DNA of 52,985 nucleotides from Magnetococcales bacterium. GTDB taxonomy: Bacteria > Pseudomonadota > Magnetococcia > Magnetococcales > JADGAP01. The stretch is from the NCBI GenBank assembly GCA_015231965.1, contig JADGAP010000002.1, positions 1 through 52,985 on the forward strand, read 5' to 3'. The notes under the pieces are model-generated. The model was not told the origin of the DNA. It saw nothing but the letters and a program-made list of their open reading frames with translations, and did not search any database. How positions within the stretch are numbered: position 1 is the stretch's first letter; every line of letters starts with the position of its first letter. Shown here piece after piece: positions 25,732 to 34,131 of the stretch. The position numbers were made by a program, and so were the translations under genes.

Positions 25732-27042
25732 TCAAAAGGTAAACACGTCCTTCTCCTTGGGGGCGTGGCAGTGGGTGGCGGACTGGAGTTCCCGCAGCAG
25801 GGATTGGGCGTGGGCCAGTTTGGCGTCGATGGCGTCGTCGCTCTGGTCGGGGTCGTGGTGGTGGAGGAAGAGATTTTTCACCCCGGCGTCGTGGGCCAGG
25901 CTGACCACTTGACTGACGTTGGAGTGGCCCCAGCCCATTTTGGGGCGGTATTCGTGGTCGGCGTAGGTGGCGTCGGTGATCAGCACGTCGGTCCCCTGGA
26001 CGAAGTGGATCAACTTGTTGCGGTAGGATTCGCTGTAGTGGGGGGTTTCCGGGGGATAGAGTTCGTTGTCGGTGACATAGCACAGGGAGCGGTTGCGGTA
26101 CTCCAGGCGATAGCCCAGGCAGGCCCCGGGATGGCTCAACAGCAGGGTGCGCAGGGTGATTTCCGGGGTCAAAGCGAAGCTCCCCTCCCGCAGGTCGCGA
26201 AAATAGACCCTGGCTCCGAAGGCTTTGATCTTCACCGGAAAATAGGGGCCGTCCATCTGGTTGGAGATCAGCTCCCGCATGGTGGTGTCGCCGTGGTAGG
26301 CCCCGCAAATTTCAAATTCGTTGCCCTGCATGTAGAGGGGAACGAAAAACGGCAGGCCGTTGATGTGGTCCCAATGGGGGTGGGAGATGAGAATCCGCGC
26401 CTCGATGGGCAACTTTTTTCGGCGCAGCAGATCATCGGCCAGGGGTTTGATGCCGGTGCCGCCATCGAAAATGAAAAAATCCCCCTTGGGAAATTGGGCG
26501 GTGATGCAATTGGTGAAGCCGCCATACTTGAGGGTTTGGGGGCCGCTCATCGGCAGGGTGCCCCGCACCCCCCAAAATTGCACGTCGATGGCATCGACGA
26601 GAATGCGCCCGAGATCCGCGATAAACCGCTCTGCCTCGATGGGCTTGGTGAAATAGCCGTCGGCCCCCAGGGATTGAGCCCGCTTGCGGTCGAATTCGTA
26701 GGCCTTGGCCGAGACGAAAATGACCACCCGGTCGTGCAACTCCGGACGGCTGCGAATCAGGCGACACAGCTCCATGCCGTCCATTTCGGGCATCATCACA
26801 TCCAGCAAAATCACCTCCGGATGCTCCTCCTCGATGCGGACCATGGCCTTGCGGCTGTCGTTCTCCAGGGTGACGATGGCCCCTTCCGCTGTCAGGATGG
26901 TCTGCATCACCTGGGTGTAAAAGGGATCGTCGTCCACCACCAGGATGCGGCGGCGCTGCAGCGGGGCGTTTTCCGAGGGGGTGGCGTGAGGCACGGCGGG
27001 CTCCTGACGGAGGGTTTGAGACGGGTGAACCATTCGTTGCAT
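25732..27042 (-). CDS. Response regulator receiver fused to an MBL-fold metallo-hydrolase domain
   Basis: REC domain: RILVVDDDPF...VILLDVMMPEMDGMELC...FVSAKAY...GADGYFTKP. MBL domain: FIFDGGTG...ILISHPHWDHINGLPFF (HxHxDH) ...HHHDP. Confidence 0.85.
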   Translation of the reverse strand: MQRMVHPSQTLRQEPAVPHATPSENAPLQRRRILVVDDDPFYTQVMQTILTAEGAIVTLENDSRKAMVRIEEEHPEVILLDVMMPEMDGMELCRLIRSRPELHDRVVIFVSAKAYEFDRKRAQSLGADGYFTKPIEAERFIADLGRILVDAIDVQFWGVRGTLPMSGPQTLKYGGFTNCITAQFPKGDFFIFDGGTGIKPLADDLLRRKKLPIEARILISHPHWDHINGLPFFVPLYMQGNEFEICGAYHGDTTMRELISNQMDGPYFPVKIKAFGARVYFRDLREGSFALTPEITLRTLLLSHPGACLGYRLEYRNRSLCYVTDNELYPPETPHYSESYRNKLIHFVQGTDVLITDATYADHEYRPKMGWGHSNVSQVVSLAHDAGVKNLFLHHHDPDQSDDAIDAKLAHAQSLLRELQSATHCHAPKEKDVFTF

Positions 27043-27119
27043 GAACGCAAAATTCGCGTCTGGCCTGGATGGAGCCGAGGAAGGGCGGCGTGATGGCTAG
27101 GAGGAGCGGGCGGCGCGGA

Positions 27120-27818
27120 CTACCCGCGAGAGCCAAAAATGGCACTGCCCACCCGCACCAGGGTCGCCCCTTCCTCGAGGGCTATTTCGTAATCCTGACT
27201 CATTCCCATGGAAAGCTCCTCCAGGGGCATCCCGGTGGTCTCCCGCAACGCTTCGGCCAACCGGCGCAAGGCGCGAAAATAGGGACGCGCCTCTTCCGCC
27301 GTCGGGGTGAAGGGGGGAATGGCCATCAAGCCTCGCAGCCGCAGTCCCGGCAACCCGGCGATGTGGAGCGCCGCCGCCGCCGCCTCCTCCGGGGAAAAAC
27401 CGGCCTTTTGCGGTTCGTTCCCGATGTTGATCTGCATCAGCACCGGCAGCGGCGTCGCGAGGAACTCCAGGCGACGGCGGGAAAGCTCCTCGGCCAGGGG
27501 CAGGGCGTCGAGACTCTCCACCATGTCGAACAGCCGCGCCGCCTCCTTGGCCTTGTTGCGCTGCAAGGGGCCGATCAAATGCCATCCCGCCCCCGAACCT
27601 CCCGTCCCGGCGATTTGGGAAATTTTCTCCCGGGCCTCCTGGACGTAATTTTCGCCGAACAGGGTCTGACCCGCCGCCAACGCCTCTCCCACCGCCGCCG
27701 CCGGTTGGTGCTTGGAAACCGCCACCAGCCGGACCGAGGCGACCTCCCGCCCCGCCCGCTCGCAGGCCGCCGCCATCCGCCGCCGCACCATGGCCAGTTG
27801 ATCCGCAATCAGGCTCAT
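27120..27818 (-). CDS. yggS: YggS-family pyridoxal-phosphate homeostasis protein
   Basis: VRLVAVSKHQP...FGENYVQEA...WHLIGPLQRNKAK...LMQINIG.EPQKAGF...LRGLMAIPP...LSMGMSQDYEIALEEGATLVRVGSAIFG. ATG 27818 is preceded by GGAAGGTGA. Confidence 0.9.
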   Translation of the reverse strand: MSLIADQLAMVRRRMAAACERAGREVASVRLVAVSKHQPAAAVGEALAAGQTLFGENYVQEAREKISQIAGTGGSGAGWHLIGPLQRNKAKEAARLFDMVESLDALPLAEELSRRRLEFLATPLPVLMQINIGNEPQKAGFSPEEAAAAALHIAGLPGLRLRGLMAIPPFTPTAEEARPYFRALRRLAEALRETTGMPLEELSMGMSQDYEIALEEGATLVRVGSAIFGSRG

Positions 27819-27910
27819 CCTATCACCTTCCCTGTGCCATTTCCTGGCTTTTTGACGCCGCCTCAAGGGGGGATTCTTTTCATTTCAGGCTTTGATAATG
27901 GATCCGAGCA

Positions 27911-27924
27911 TGATAAATTTATCA
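27911..27924. promoter_or_regulatory. Perfect 14-bp palindrome TGATAAATTTATCA; candidate operator of the downstream two-gene cassette
   Basis: The sequence is its own reverse complement. It lies 3 nt upstream of the AAAGGAGGA ribosome-binding site of the 27943 gene and just downstream of a GATAAT -10-like hexamer (27894-27899). Confidence 0.5.
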
Positions 27925-27942
27925 CGAAAAGGAGGACATTGC

Positions 27943-28698
27943 ATGGAACGGGATCTGCCAGAGGAGGCGCGGTTCATCATTCGGGGTCCGTACACGCCGG
28001 ACAACGTCCCGATGGATTTGCTCGCCCAGTTCATGCTGCAATTGGCCAAGCTGACTGGAGAGAAAAAACACGTCCATTTCGTTGGTCTTGAAGAAGGCAG
28101 TTTGATGATCAAGGAGCGCATCGAACCTCCTGCCAAGCTCAAGGTCAAGGAGCGGTTCGCCCTTTTAGATAATTGCGCCAAAGGGTTGGGGAACGACCCG
28201 GTTTATGACGAGACCGTGGCGTTGCTTGAAAAACACGGCACCACCGGAGAGCTTTGTTATGGGGATTCGCCCCAGGTCATTCCCTTTCCCGGTCCTCAAT
28301 ATCTTGCCGCCCGGGACGTTCTTACCGTCACCCAAGAGGGAAGTCTGGATGGCGTCGTTGTCACCCTCGGCAACCGGAGCGCTGCGGAGAATAAGCCGAC
28401 AACCGTCACCTTGAAGGATGGCCCCAGAATTTACTCTTGCACCGCCTGTAGAACAGTGGCTCGGGATTTGGCCAAGCACTTTGATGGCCCCGCGTTGCGA
28501 GTTTACGGTCAAGGAACCTGGAAACGCCTGTCTGACAAGGGGTGGGTGGTGGATGAGTTTCAAATCGAACGATTTGATGTCCTCGTTGATCAACCGCTTG
28601 AAGAAATTCTTCGCGAGATGGGCAAGCACTTCCAAGGATGGCGCGCACTCGAGAATCCGTGGGAGGAGTTGCGGCGCATCCGGTATGGAGACGATTGA
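27943..28698 (+). CDS. Hypothetical 251-aa protein, no family recognised; upstream partner of a PIN-like nuclease
   Basis: Strong AAAGGAGGA Shine-Dalgarno sequence 6 nt upstream of ATG 27943. The stop TGA is immediately followed by the ATG of the next gene (GAT TGA ATG). AT-richer than its surroundings. I can match no motif. Confidence 0.6.
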   Translation: MERDLPEEARFIIRGPYTPDNVPMDLLAQFMLQLAKLTGEKKHVHFVGLEEGSLMIKERIEPPAKLKVKERFALLDNCAKGLGNDPVYDETVALLEKHGTTGELCYGDSPQVIPFPGPQYLAARDVLTVTQEGSLDGVVVTLGNRSAAENKPTTVTLKDGPRIYSCTACRTVARDLAKHFDGPALRVYGQGTWKRLSDKGWVVDEFQIERFDVLVDQPLEEILREMGKHFQGWRALENPWEELRRIRYGDD

Positions 28699-29235
28699 AT
28701 GGCGATCCTCAGTGAGTCCACGGCGGTCATCGACTCATCATTATTATTGTTTCTGGCTGATCCGATGTGTTCACCACCGTTGGATCCTGATACAAACCAT
28801 CCCATCGAGCGAGCGCGTGATCGGATTGAACACCTAATTCGTGAATTGGGCAATCGCCGCACCGTGCTTTTGATTCCAGCGCCGGTTCTTGCCGAATCCC
28901 TGGTTCGAGCCGAAGCGGGTTTTATGCCGATGCTCAATCATGCGCGAAATGTTCGCATCGTTCCTTTTGATTACTTGGCGGCGGAAGAGTGCGCATCGTT
29001 GCTGCGCAGACAATTGGAAAACAAAGAGAATGCATCCACGATTCCCCAGAGTAGGCAATGCGCCAAGGTTGATTTGCAAATCGTCGCCATCGCCCGCACC
29101 CGCCACGCGGAAGTTTTATACACCCAGGACGCTGGGATGCGAAAGCTCGCCACCCATTACGGACTGGATGTTAAATCCTTGCAAGACATCGCCCCCCCTC
29201 AAATCCAACTCCCTCTTCCCCTGGAAAAGGAATAA
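28699..29235 (+). CDS. PIN-like domain nuclease (putative toxin or effector)
   Basis: Acidic-residue pattern typical of PIN: AVIDSS (Asp), IPAPVLAES (Glu), KVDLQIVAIAR (Asp), LYTQDAG (Asp), within an alternating beta-alpha pattern. 178 aa. Confidence 0.6.
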   Translation: MAILSESTAVIDSSLLLFLADPMCSPPLDPDTNHPIERARDRIEHLIRELGNRRTVLLIPAPVLAESLVRAEAGFMPMLNHARNVRIVPFDYLAAEECASLLRRQLENKENASTIPQSRQCAKVDLQIVAIARTRHAEVLYTQDAGMRKLATHYGLDVKSLQDIAPPQIQLPLPLEKE

Positions 29236-29280
29236 GCTCGTTCCGTCTTCCGTCGCATCCGCCATTTAGCCAAATTTCCG

Positions 29281-29308
29281 AAAAAAAACGGGCGGATTGC
29301 TCCGCCCG
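29281..29308 (-). terminator. Rho-independent terminator downstream of flgE (minus strand)
   Basis: On the minus strand: CGGGCGG-AGCAAT-CCGCCCG followed by T8. A second GC hairpin, CACCCGCCC-GGGTCAG-GGGCGGGTG, lies at 29338-29362. Confidence 0.75.
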
Positions 29309-29367
29309 GAAGTCTGGGGAACCTGCCTTGGGGAATCACCCGCCCGGGTCAGGGGCGGGTGGGATCA

Positions 29368-30870
29368 TCACCGCTTCATGTTGACCAACTCTTCGAGCAT
29401 GCCGTCCACCACCGAGACCACCCGGGAGTTGGCCTGGAAGGAGCGTTGAATGGAGATCATGCGGACGAATTCGTCGGACATGTCCACGTTGGACTGTTCC
29501 AGCGAGTTGGAGTTGATGTTGCCGAAACCCGCCGCCTGAGGGGTGCCCATGATCCGGCTGCCGGACTTGAAGGTTTCGACGAACAGGTTGGAGCCGATCT
29601 GGTCCAGGCCGCTTTCGTTGGGGAAGGAGGCGAGGATCAACTGATAGAGGGGCCGCACCTGACCGTTGTCGAAGGAGCCGATGATCTTGCCGTCGGGGTT
29701 GACCGACAATCTCTCCAGAAAGCCCGCCGGGAAACCGTCCTGGGAAATTTTGAGGGTGGCGAAGCCGGCGGCGAACTGCACCGTGCCGTCCTGACCGGTG
29801 AGCCCCACGTCATCCTTCAGGCTGGAGTCGGTGAACTCCAGGTAGCTGGCGGAGCTGGAGTCGGTGTCGTAGGTGCGGTAGTCGTTGGAGGAGTCGTACA
29901 AATGGGTGGAGCCCAAGGTGGGGCCCATGGCGCCGCCGAAGTTGAAGATGACCTCTTGCGGGGCCACGCCGTTGTCCCAGTTGAAGGTCATGGGCACGGA
30001 GCCTTCGTTCTGCAACAAACCGGCGGAGGTGAAGGTCATGACGCCGTGGGTGTAGACCGCGCCGGCCAACTGGGTGCGCACGTGGGTGCCGAAGTCGGTG
30101 GTTCCATCCAGGTCGGTGTCGTCCACGGCGGTCAGGTTGTTCACGCCGTGTTTATTGGCCGCGCCTTCCAGGTCCGTTGAATCCACCACGGCGTGCCACT
30201 CCCAGGTGTTGGAGGCGGTCTTGACGAACTGGACCTCGATGTTGTGACCGGCGCCCACCGAGTCGTAAACCCGCAAGGAGGTGGCGAAGTTGTAGCTGTC
30301 GGGATCGGTGGGGTCGTAGGTGGCGGTGGGGATGGAGGCCTCGGCGTCCAGGTTGACCGACACGTTCACCGTGCTGGTGGGCTGGGAGGGGACCTTGGTG
30401 CCCGACAGGTCGATATCGGTCATGGCACCGCTGATGGGGTCGCCCTCGGTGTCCAGGGTCAACCCTTGCACCACAAAACCGGTGTTGGTCACCAGCTTGC
30501 CGTCCAGGGCGCGTTTGAAGTCGCCGGCGCGGGTGTAGTAGGTGGAGACCTGATTGTTGCCGGCGTAGTCCTTGACGATGAAGAAGCCGGTGCCGTCGAT
30601 GGCCACGTCGGTGACGGTGGAGGTGAACTCGAAGGCCCCCTGCTTGAAGCTTTGGGCCACCGAACCCACCCGCATGCCGTTGCCCACCTGATTGGAGCCC
30701 TGGGCGGCGTTGACGCCGATGGTCTGGGAGAGGATGTCCTCGAAGGTGACGGAGCTTCCCTTGTAGCCCACGGTATTGGCGTTGGAAAGGTTGTTGCCGA
30801 TGACGCTCATGGCATTGCCCATGTTGGCGAGAGCGCTGGAACCGGCGAACATTGCATTCATGATGGACAT
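29368..30870 (-). CDS. flgE: Flagellar hook protein FlgE, paralogue 1
   Basis: N-terminal MSIMNAMFAGSSALANMGNAMSVIGNNLSNANTVGYKG and C-terminal LEQSNVDMSDEFVRMISIQRSFQANSRVVSVVDGMLEELVNM are the flagellar rod/hook conserved termini. The 500-aa size and the flgD gene upstream fit FlgE. Confidence 0.88.
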   Translation of the reverse strand: MSIMNAMFAGSSALANMGNAMSVIGNNLSNANTVGYKGSSVTFEDILSQTIGVNAAQGSNQVGNGMRVGSVAQSFKQGAFEFTSTVTDVAIDGTGFFIVKDYAGNNQVSTYYTRAGDFKRALDGKLVTNTGFVVQGLTLDTEGDPISGAMTDIDLSGTKVPSQPTSTVNVSVNLDAEASIPTATYDPTDPDSYNFATSLRVYDSVGAGHNIEVQFVKTASNTWEWHAVVDSTDLEGAANKHGVNNLTAVDDTDLDGTTDFGTHVRTQLAGAVYTHGVMTFTSAGLLQNEGSVPMTFNWDNGVAPQEVIFNFGGAMGPTLGSTHLYDSSNDYRTYDTDSSSASYLEFTDSSLKDDVGLTGQDGTVQFAAGFATLKISQDGFPAGFLERLSVNPDGKIIGSFDNGQVRPLYQLILASFPNESGLDQIGSNLFVETFKSGSRIMGTPQAAGFGNINSNSLEQSNVDMSDEFVRMISIQRSFQANSRVVSVVDGMLEELVNMKR

Positions 30871-30935
30871 GGGAGTCTCCTGCCGTCCTTGATCCTATTT
30901 TCGTCTGGATGCAAAAATTATTGCAAATTCAACGC

Positions 30936-32468
30936 CTACTTCTTCATGTCCCGCACTACCTGGGTCATTTCGTCCGTGATTGTGATAATCCGGGCGTTGG
31001 CCTGATAGGTGCGCTGCAGGGCGATCATGCGGGTGAACTCCTCGGCCATGTCCACGTTGGAGTGTTCGATGGCTCCGCCGGTCATCTTGCCCGCGCCGCC
31101 TTGTCCGGCCACCGCGACGGTGCGGGTTCCGGAGTAGGGGGTGGCGACGAAGAGATTGTTGCCCTTGGCTTCCAACCCCAGGGGATTGGTGAAGAGGGCC
31201 ACCGGGAGCTGGTACAGGGAGCGGGAGGTGCCATTGCTGAAGTGGCCGGTCATGACGCCCGCGGTATTCATGGTGATGCGATCCAACCGCCCCTCGGGAA
31301 AGCCGTCCTGGCTCACTTCCAGGGTGGAGTATCCCGCCGCGTACTGCACCGTTCCCAGTCCGCCGGTGGTTCCCGTGTCATCTGCGGCGGTGGCGGCGGC
31401 GAAGGTCATGTAGGTGGAGGAGGTGGGAGTCAGATCGAACCCGGTGTAGTCGTTGGTGGAGTCGGCGGTGTGGGCCTGGCCCAGGGCGTCGCCCATGGCG
31501 TCGCCGAAGTCGAACAACACTTCCTGGGGGGTGACGGCGTTGTTCCAGTTGAAGGTGATGGGGGTGGAGCCCTCGGTTTTCAACTGGCCCGACGGGGTGA
31601 AGGTCAACAGCCCGGTGGTGTATTCGCTGGAGATGGCGGCCCGCACATGGGTTCCCTCGTCCAGGATTCCGTCCAGGTCGGTGTCGTCCACGGCGGTGAG
31701 ATTGCCGATGCCGCGCTGGGTGGAGTCCAGATCGGAGCTGGGGAGGGCCACGTGCCACTCCCACTGCAAGCTGCCAATTTTGCGGAACTGCACTTCCACG
31801 TCGTGTCCCTCGCCCTGATTGTCGTAAATCCGCGCCCCGGTGGAGAAGTTGTAGGTTTGCGAATTGTTGGGATCGTAGCTGGTTCCGGAGAGATCCTCGT
31901 CCTCGGCGTCCAGGTTGACCGACATGGTGACCGTGGTGGTGGGCTGAGCCAGGGAGAGGATGCGGGAGGGGGAGATGTCCACGTCGGTGAGGGCGCTGCT
32001 CACCTGGGCTCCGGTGTTGTCCAGTTCCCACCCTTGCAGCACCATGCCTCGCTTGGTGGAGAGCTTGATGGTCTCCAGGTCGGCGTCGCCGACGGTGGAT
32101 TCGGTCAATTTCACGAAGTCGCCGGCGCGGGTGTAGTAGGTTTTGGTGGAGTTTTCGTTGCTGTAGTCCTTGACGATGAAATAGCCCTGGCCGTTGATGG
32201 CCATGTCGGAGGTGTTGTCGGTCATCTGGAACGAGCCTTGGCGGCTGTTGCGGCTCACGCCGTCGAGGTGGACGCCGTTGCCCATTTGGGTGATGCCGGA
32301 GGCTTGGGTGGTTCCGATATTTTGCGAGAGGATATCGGCGAAGTTGGCAATGGCCCCCTTGAAACCGGTGGTGGAGGCGTTGGACAAATTATTGCCAATA
32401 ACGCTCATGGCCTGGGCCATGCTGTTCAACCCGCTGGCTCCCGTGTACATGGCGTGGATGATGGACAT
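30936..32468 (-). CDS. flgE: Flagellar hook protein FlgE, paralogue 2
   Basis: MSIIHAMYTGASGLNSMAQAMSVIGNNLSNASTTGFKG ... IEHSNVDMAEEFTRMIALQRTYQANARIITITDEMTQVV. Collinear with paralogue 1 through the central domains (NLTAVDDTDLDG..., ...TFNWNNAVTPQEVLFDFG). Confidence 0.88.
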   Translation of the reverse strand: MSIIHAMYTGASGLNSMAQAMSVIGNNLSNASTTGFKGAIANFADILSQNIGTTQASGITQMGNGVHLDGVSRNSRQGSFQMTDNTSDMAINGQGYFIVKDYSNENSTKTYYTRAGDFVKLTESTVGDADLETIKLSTKRGMVLQGWELDNTGAQVSSALTDVDISPSRILSLAQPTTTVTMSVNLDAEDEDLSGTSYDPNNSQTYNFSTGARIYDNQGEGHDVEVQFRKIGSLQWEWHVALPSSDLDSTQRGIGNLTAVDDTDLDGILDEGTHVRAAISSEYTTGLLTFTPSGQLKTEGSTPITFNWNNAVTPQEVLFDFGDAMGDALGQAHTADSTNDYTGFDLTPTSSTYMTFAAATAADDTGTTGGLGTVQYAAGYSTLEVSQDGFPEGRLDRITMNTAGVMTGHFSNGTSRSLYQLPVALFTNPLGLEAKGNNLFVATPYSGTRTVAVAGQGGAGKMTGGAIEHSNVDMAEEFTRMIALQRTYQANARIITITDEMTQVVRDMKK

Positions 32469-32541
32469 GACAACCTCCGCTTCTCGACTCGATGCGCCGC
32501 GCCGGTGGGGCGGCGTTTGAGGCCAATCTGGGGGCCTGGGG

Positions 32542-33255
32542 TCAGGTGGTGATGCGACGCACCTTGTCCATGGCGACTTTCATGCCGTTCATCTCCAGCA
32601 TCACGCCCTTGGAGGCGTCGTTGCTGACGCCGGAGACCGTGCCGCCGCCCAGGGGGGTGACCTTGGTCTCTTCGGCGTTGGCGTCCATCAGACTGACCTC
32701 GAAGCGATAGATGCCGTCGCCGAGGCTGGAGTCGTTGACGTTGACGTTGCTCTCCCCGGCGGCGTACTTGGCCGGGTCGATCCATTTCACCTTTTGACCG
32801 TACTGGTCGAAGACGGTGATGCTGGCGTTGGCGGGCAGGGAGAGTTCAAAACCCAGGCTTCCCTTGCCGTCCTTCATGGAGAAGCGGTCCCCTTCCACCA
32901 CGATGTTTTTACCCAGGTAGCTCACGCCCTGATTGATGCCGGTGGTCGATTGGGCGTCCACCAACTGTTGCAGCAGGGTGTTGGTTTGGCTGGACTGTTG
33001 CAGGGTGGACAGTTGCGCCATCTGGCTGGTGACCTCGGCGTTTTCCATGGGTTTCATGGGGTCCTGGTACTGCAACTGGGCGGTTAGAAGATTGATGAAG
33101 TTGGTTTGCAGCTCTTCCGCCGACTTGTTTTTGTCCACATAAGTGGGGCCGCCGGTTTTGTATTCCGGAATCGAGTTGATGGTCCCGCTGGAGGTGGTGG
33201 AACCGGTATTGGGAACCGTGATGCTCGACATGGGATTCACCTTGCCTTGGGTCAT
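32542..33255 (-). CDS. flgD: Flagellar hook capping/assembly protein FlgD
   Basis: FINLLTAQLQYQDPMKPMENAEVTSQMAQLSTLQ is the FlgD N-terminal signature. The C-terminal beta-rich FlgD Ig-like region follows. Confidence 0.88.
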   Translation of the reverse strand: MTQGKVNPMSSITVPNTGSTTSSGTINSIPEYKTGGPTYVDKNKSAEELQTNFINLLTAQLQYQDPMKPMENAEVTSQMAQLSTLQQSSQTNTLLQQLVDAQSTTGINQGVSYLGKNIVVEGDRFSMKDGKGSLGFELSLPANASITVFDQYGQKVKWIDPAKYAAGESNVNVNDSSLGDGIYRFEVSLMDANAEETKVTPLGGGTVSGVSNDASKGVMLEMNGMKVAMDKVRRITT

Positions 33256-33315
33256 TGGGGGGGCTGATCGTTTTTTCCGGTCTTGTGCCTCCCCCTTGGT
33301 CTTGTCCTATAATAG

Positions 33316-33332
33316 ATCAAAGGCCGTGCCAA
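33316..33332 (-). promoter_or_regulatory. Candidate sigma-54 (-24/-12) promoter for flgD-flgE-flgE
   Basis: The minus strand reads TTGGCACGGCCTTTGAT. TGGCACG-N4-TTGA has correct -24/-12 spacing, but the -12 element is GA instead of GC. It lies ~60 nt upstream of the flgD ATG, with AT-rich DNA immediately upstream. Confidence 0.45.
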
Positions 33333-33617
33333 TGTTGAAAATTTACGCAATGCATTGAAATATAATTGATCTTCAAGGAGGACAGGGTTTCGTTGGGGGG
33401 AGTTTTCGGGTGGCCTCGGGCAAAAATTTCCCGCTCAAGTCCGGGCAACTCTTGCCGACGCGGGGTGTGGCGGCGTGGAAAGGGGGGGAAGGATGGGGCG
33501 CGGCAGGGGGAGAGGGGCTGCGGGCGGCGCGAGTCAAGCTTGCGCAAAGGGCACCCCCTGCGTAAACTGGCGGGATTTACACAAAATCCACGACCTTATG
33601 GAGTTGGGGGAGGGGTG

Positions 33618-34112
33618 ATGAAGCGGCGGATGATCCTGGCGGTGGGCGCATTGGCGCTGGGCATGTGGGTGGCACCGGGCGAGGTTCTGGCGCAAACGGC
33701 GATTTACAAGGGGGGGGCGTTCATCGTGCGCAAGGTGGGCAAGGTGTGCAAGCTGGAGGTCGCCCTGACCCCGGGCAAGGGCAACAAGGGGCGGGCGATT
33801 CTCACCTTGTTCAAGGGGGACAAGTTTCATTCCGAGTTGATCACCGAGCGGCAGTCCATCGGGTCGGCGCAGGGGGCGGTGAAGATCGGGTTTGACAAGG
33901 GCAAGGCCGTTGACCACCCGCTGCTCAAGGATGCGGGCAAGGATGACAACTGGCGCTGGCGTTATTTGGGCAACAGCAAGGGGTTGATCGACGAGGTGCG
34001 CAAACGCGACGAGATGACCCTCCGGTTTTCCAACGGCAAGAAGGATTTTGCCTTCCAGACCCCCTTGGCGGGGAGCGGCAAGGCGGTGCAGGCGCTGGAA
34101 AAATGCAAGTGA
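33618..34112 (+). CDS. Hypothetical secreted/periplasmic protein (164 aa)
   Basis: Signal peptide MKRRMILAVGALALGMWVAPGEVLA|Q. GGGGGAGGGG lies upstream of ATG 33618. No confident family assignment. Confidence 0.55.
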   Translation: MKRRMILAVGALALGMWVAPGEVLAQTAIYKGGAFIVRKVGKVCKLEVALTPGKGNKGRAILTLFKGDKFHSELITERQSIGSAQGAVKIGFDKGKAVDHPLLKDAGKDDNWRWRYLGNSKGLIDEVRKRDEMTLRFSNGKKDFAFQTPLAGSGKAVQALEKCK

Positions 34113-34131
34113 GCGATCGCCGTCTCTTGCA

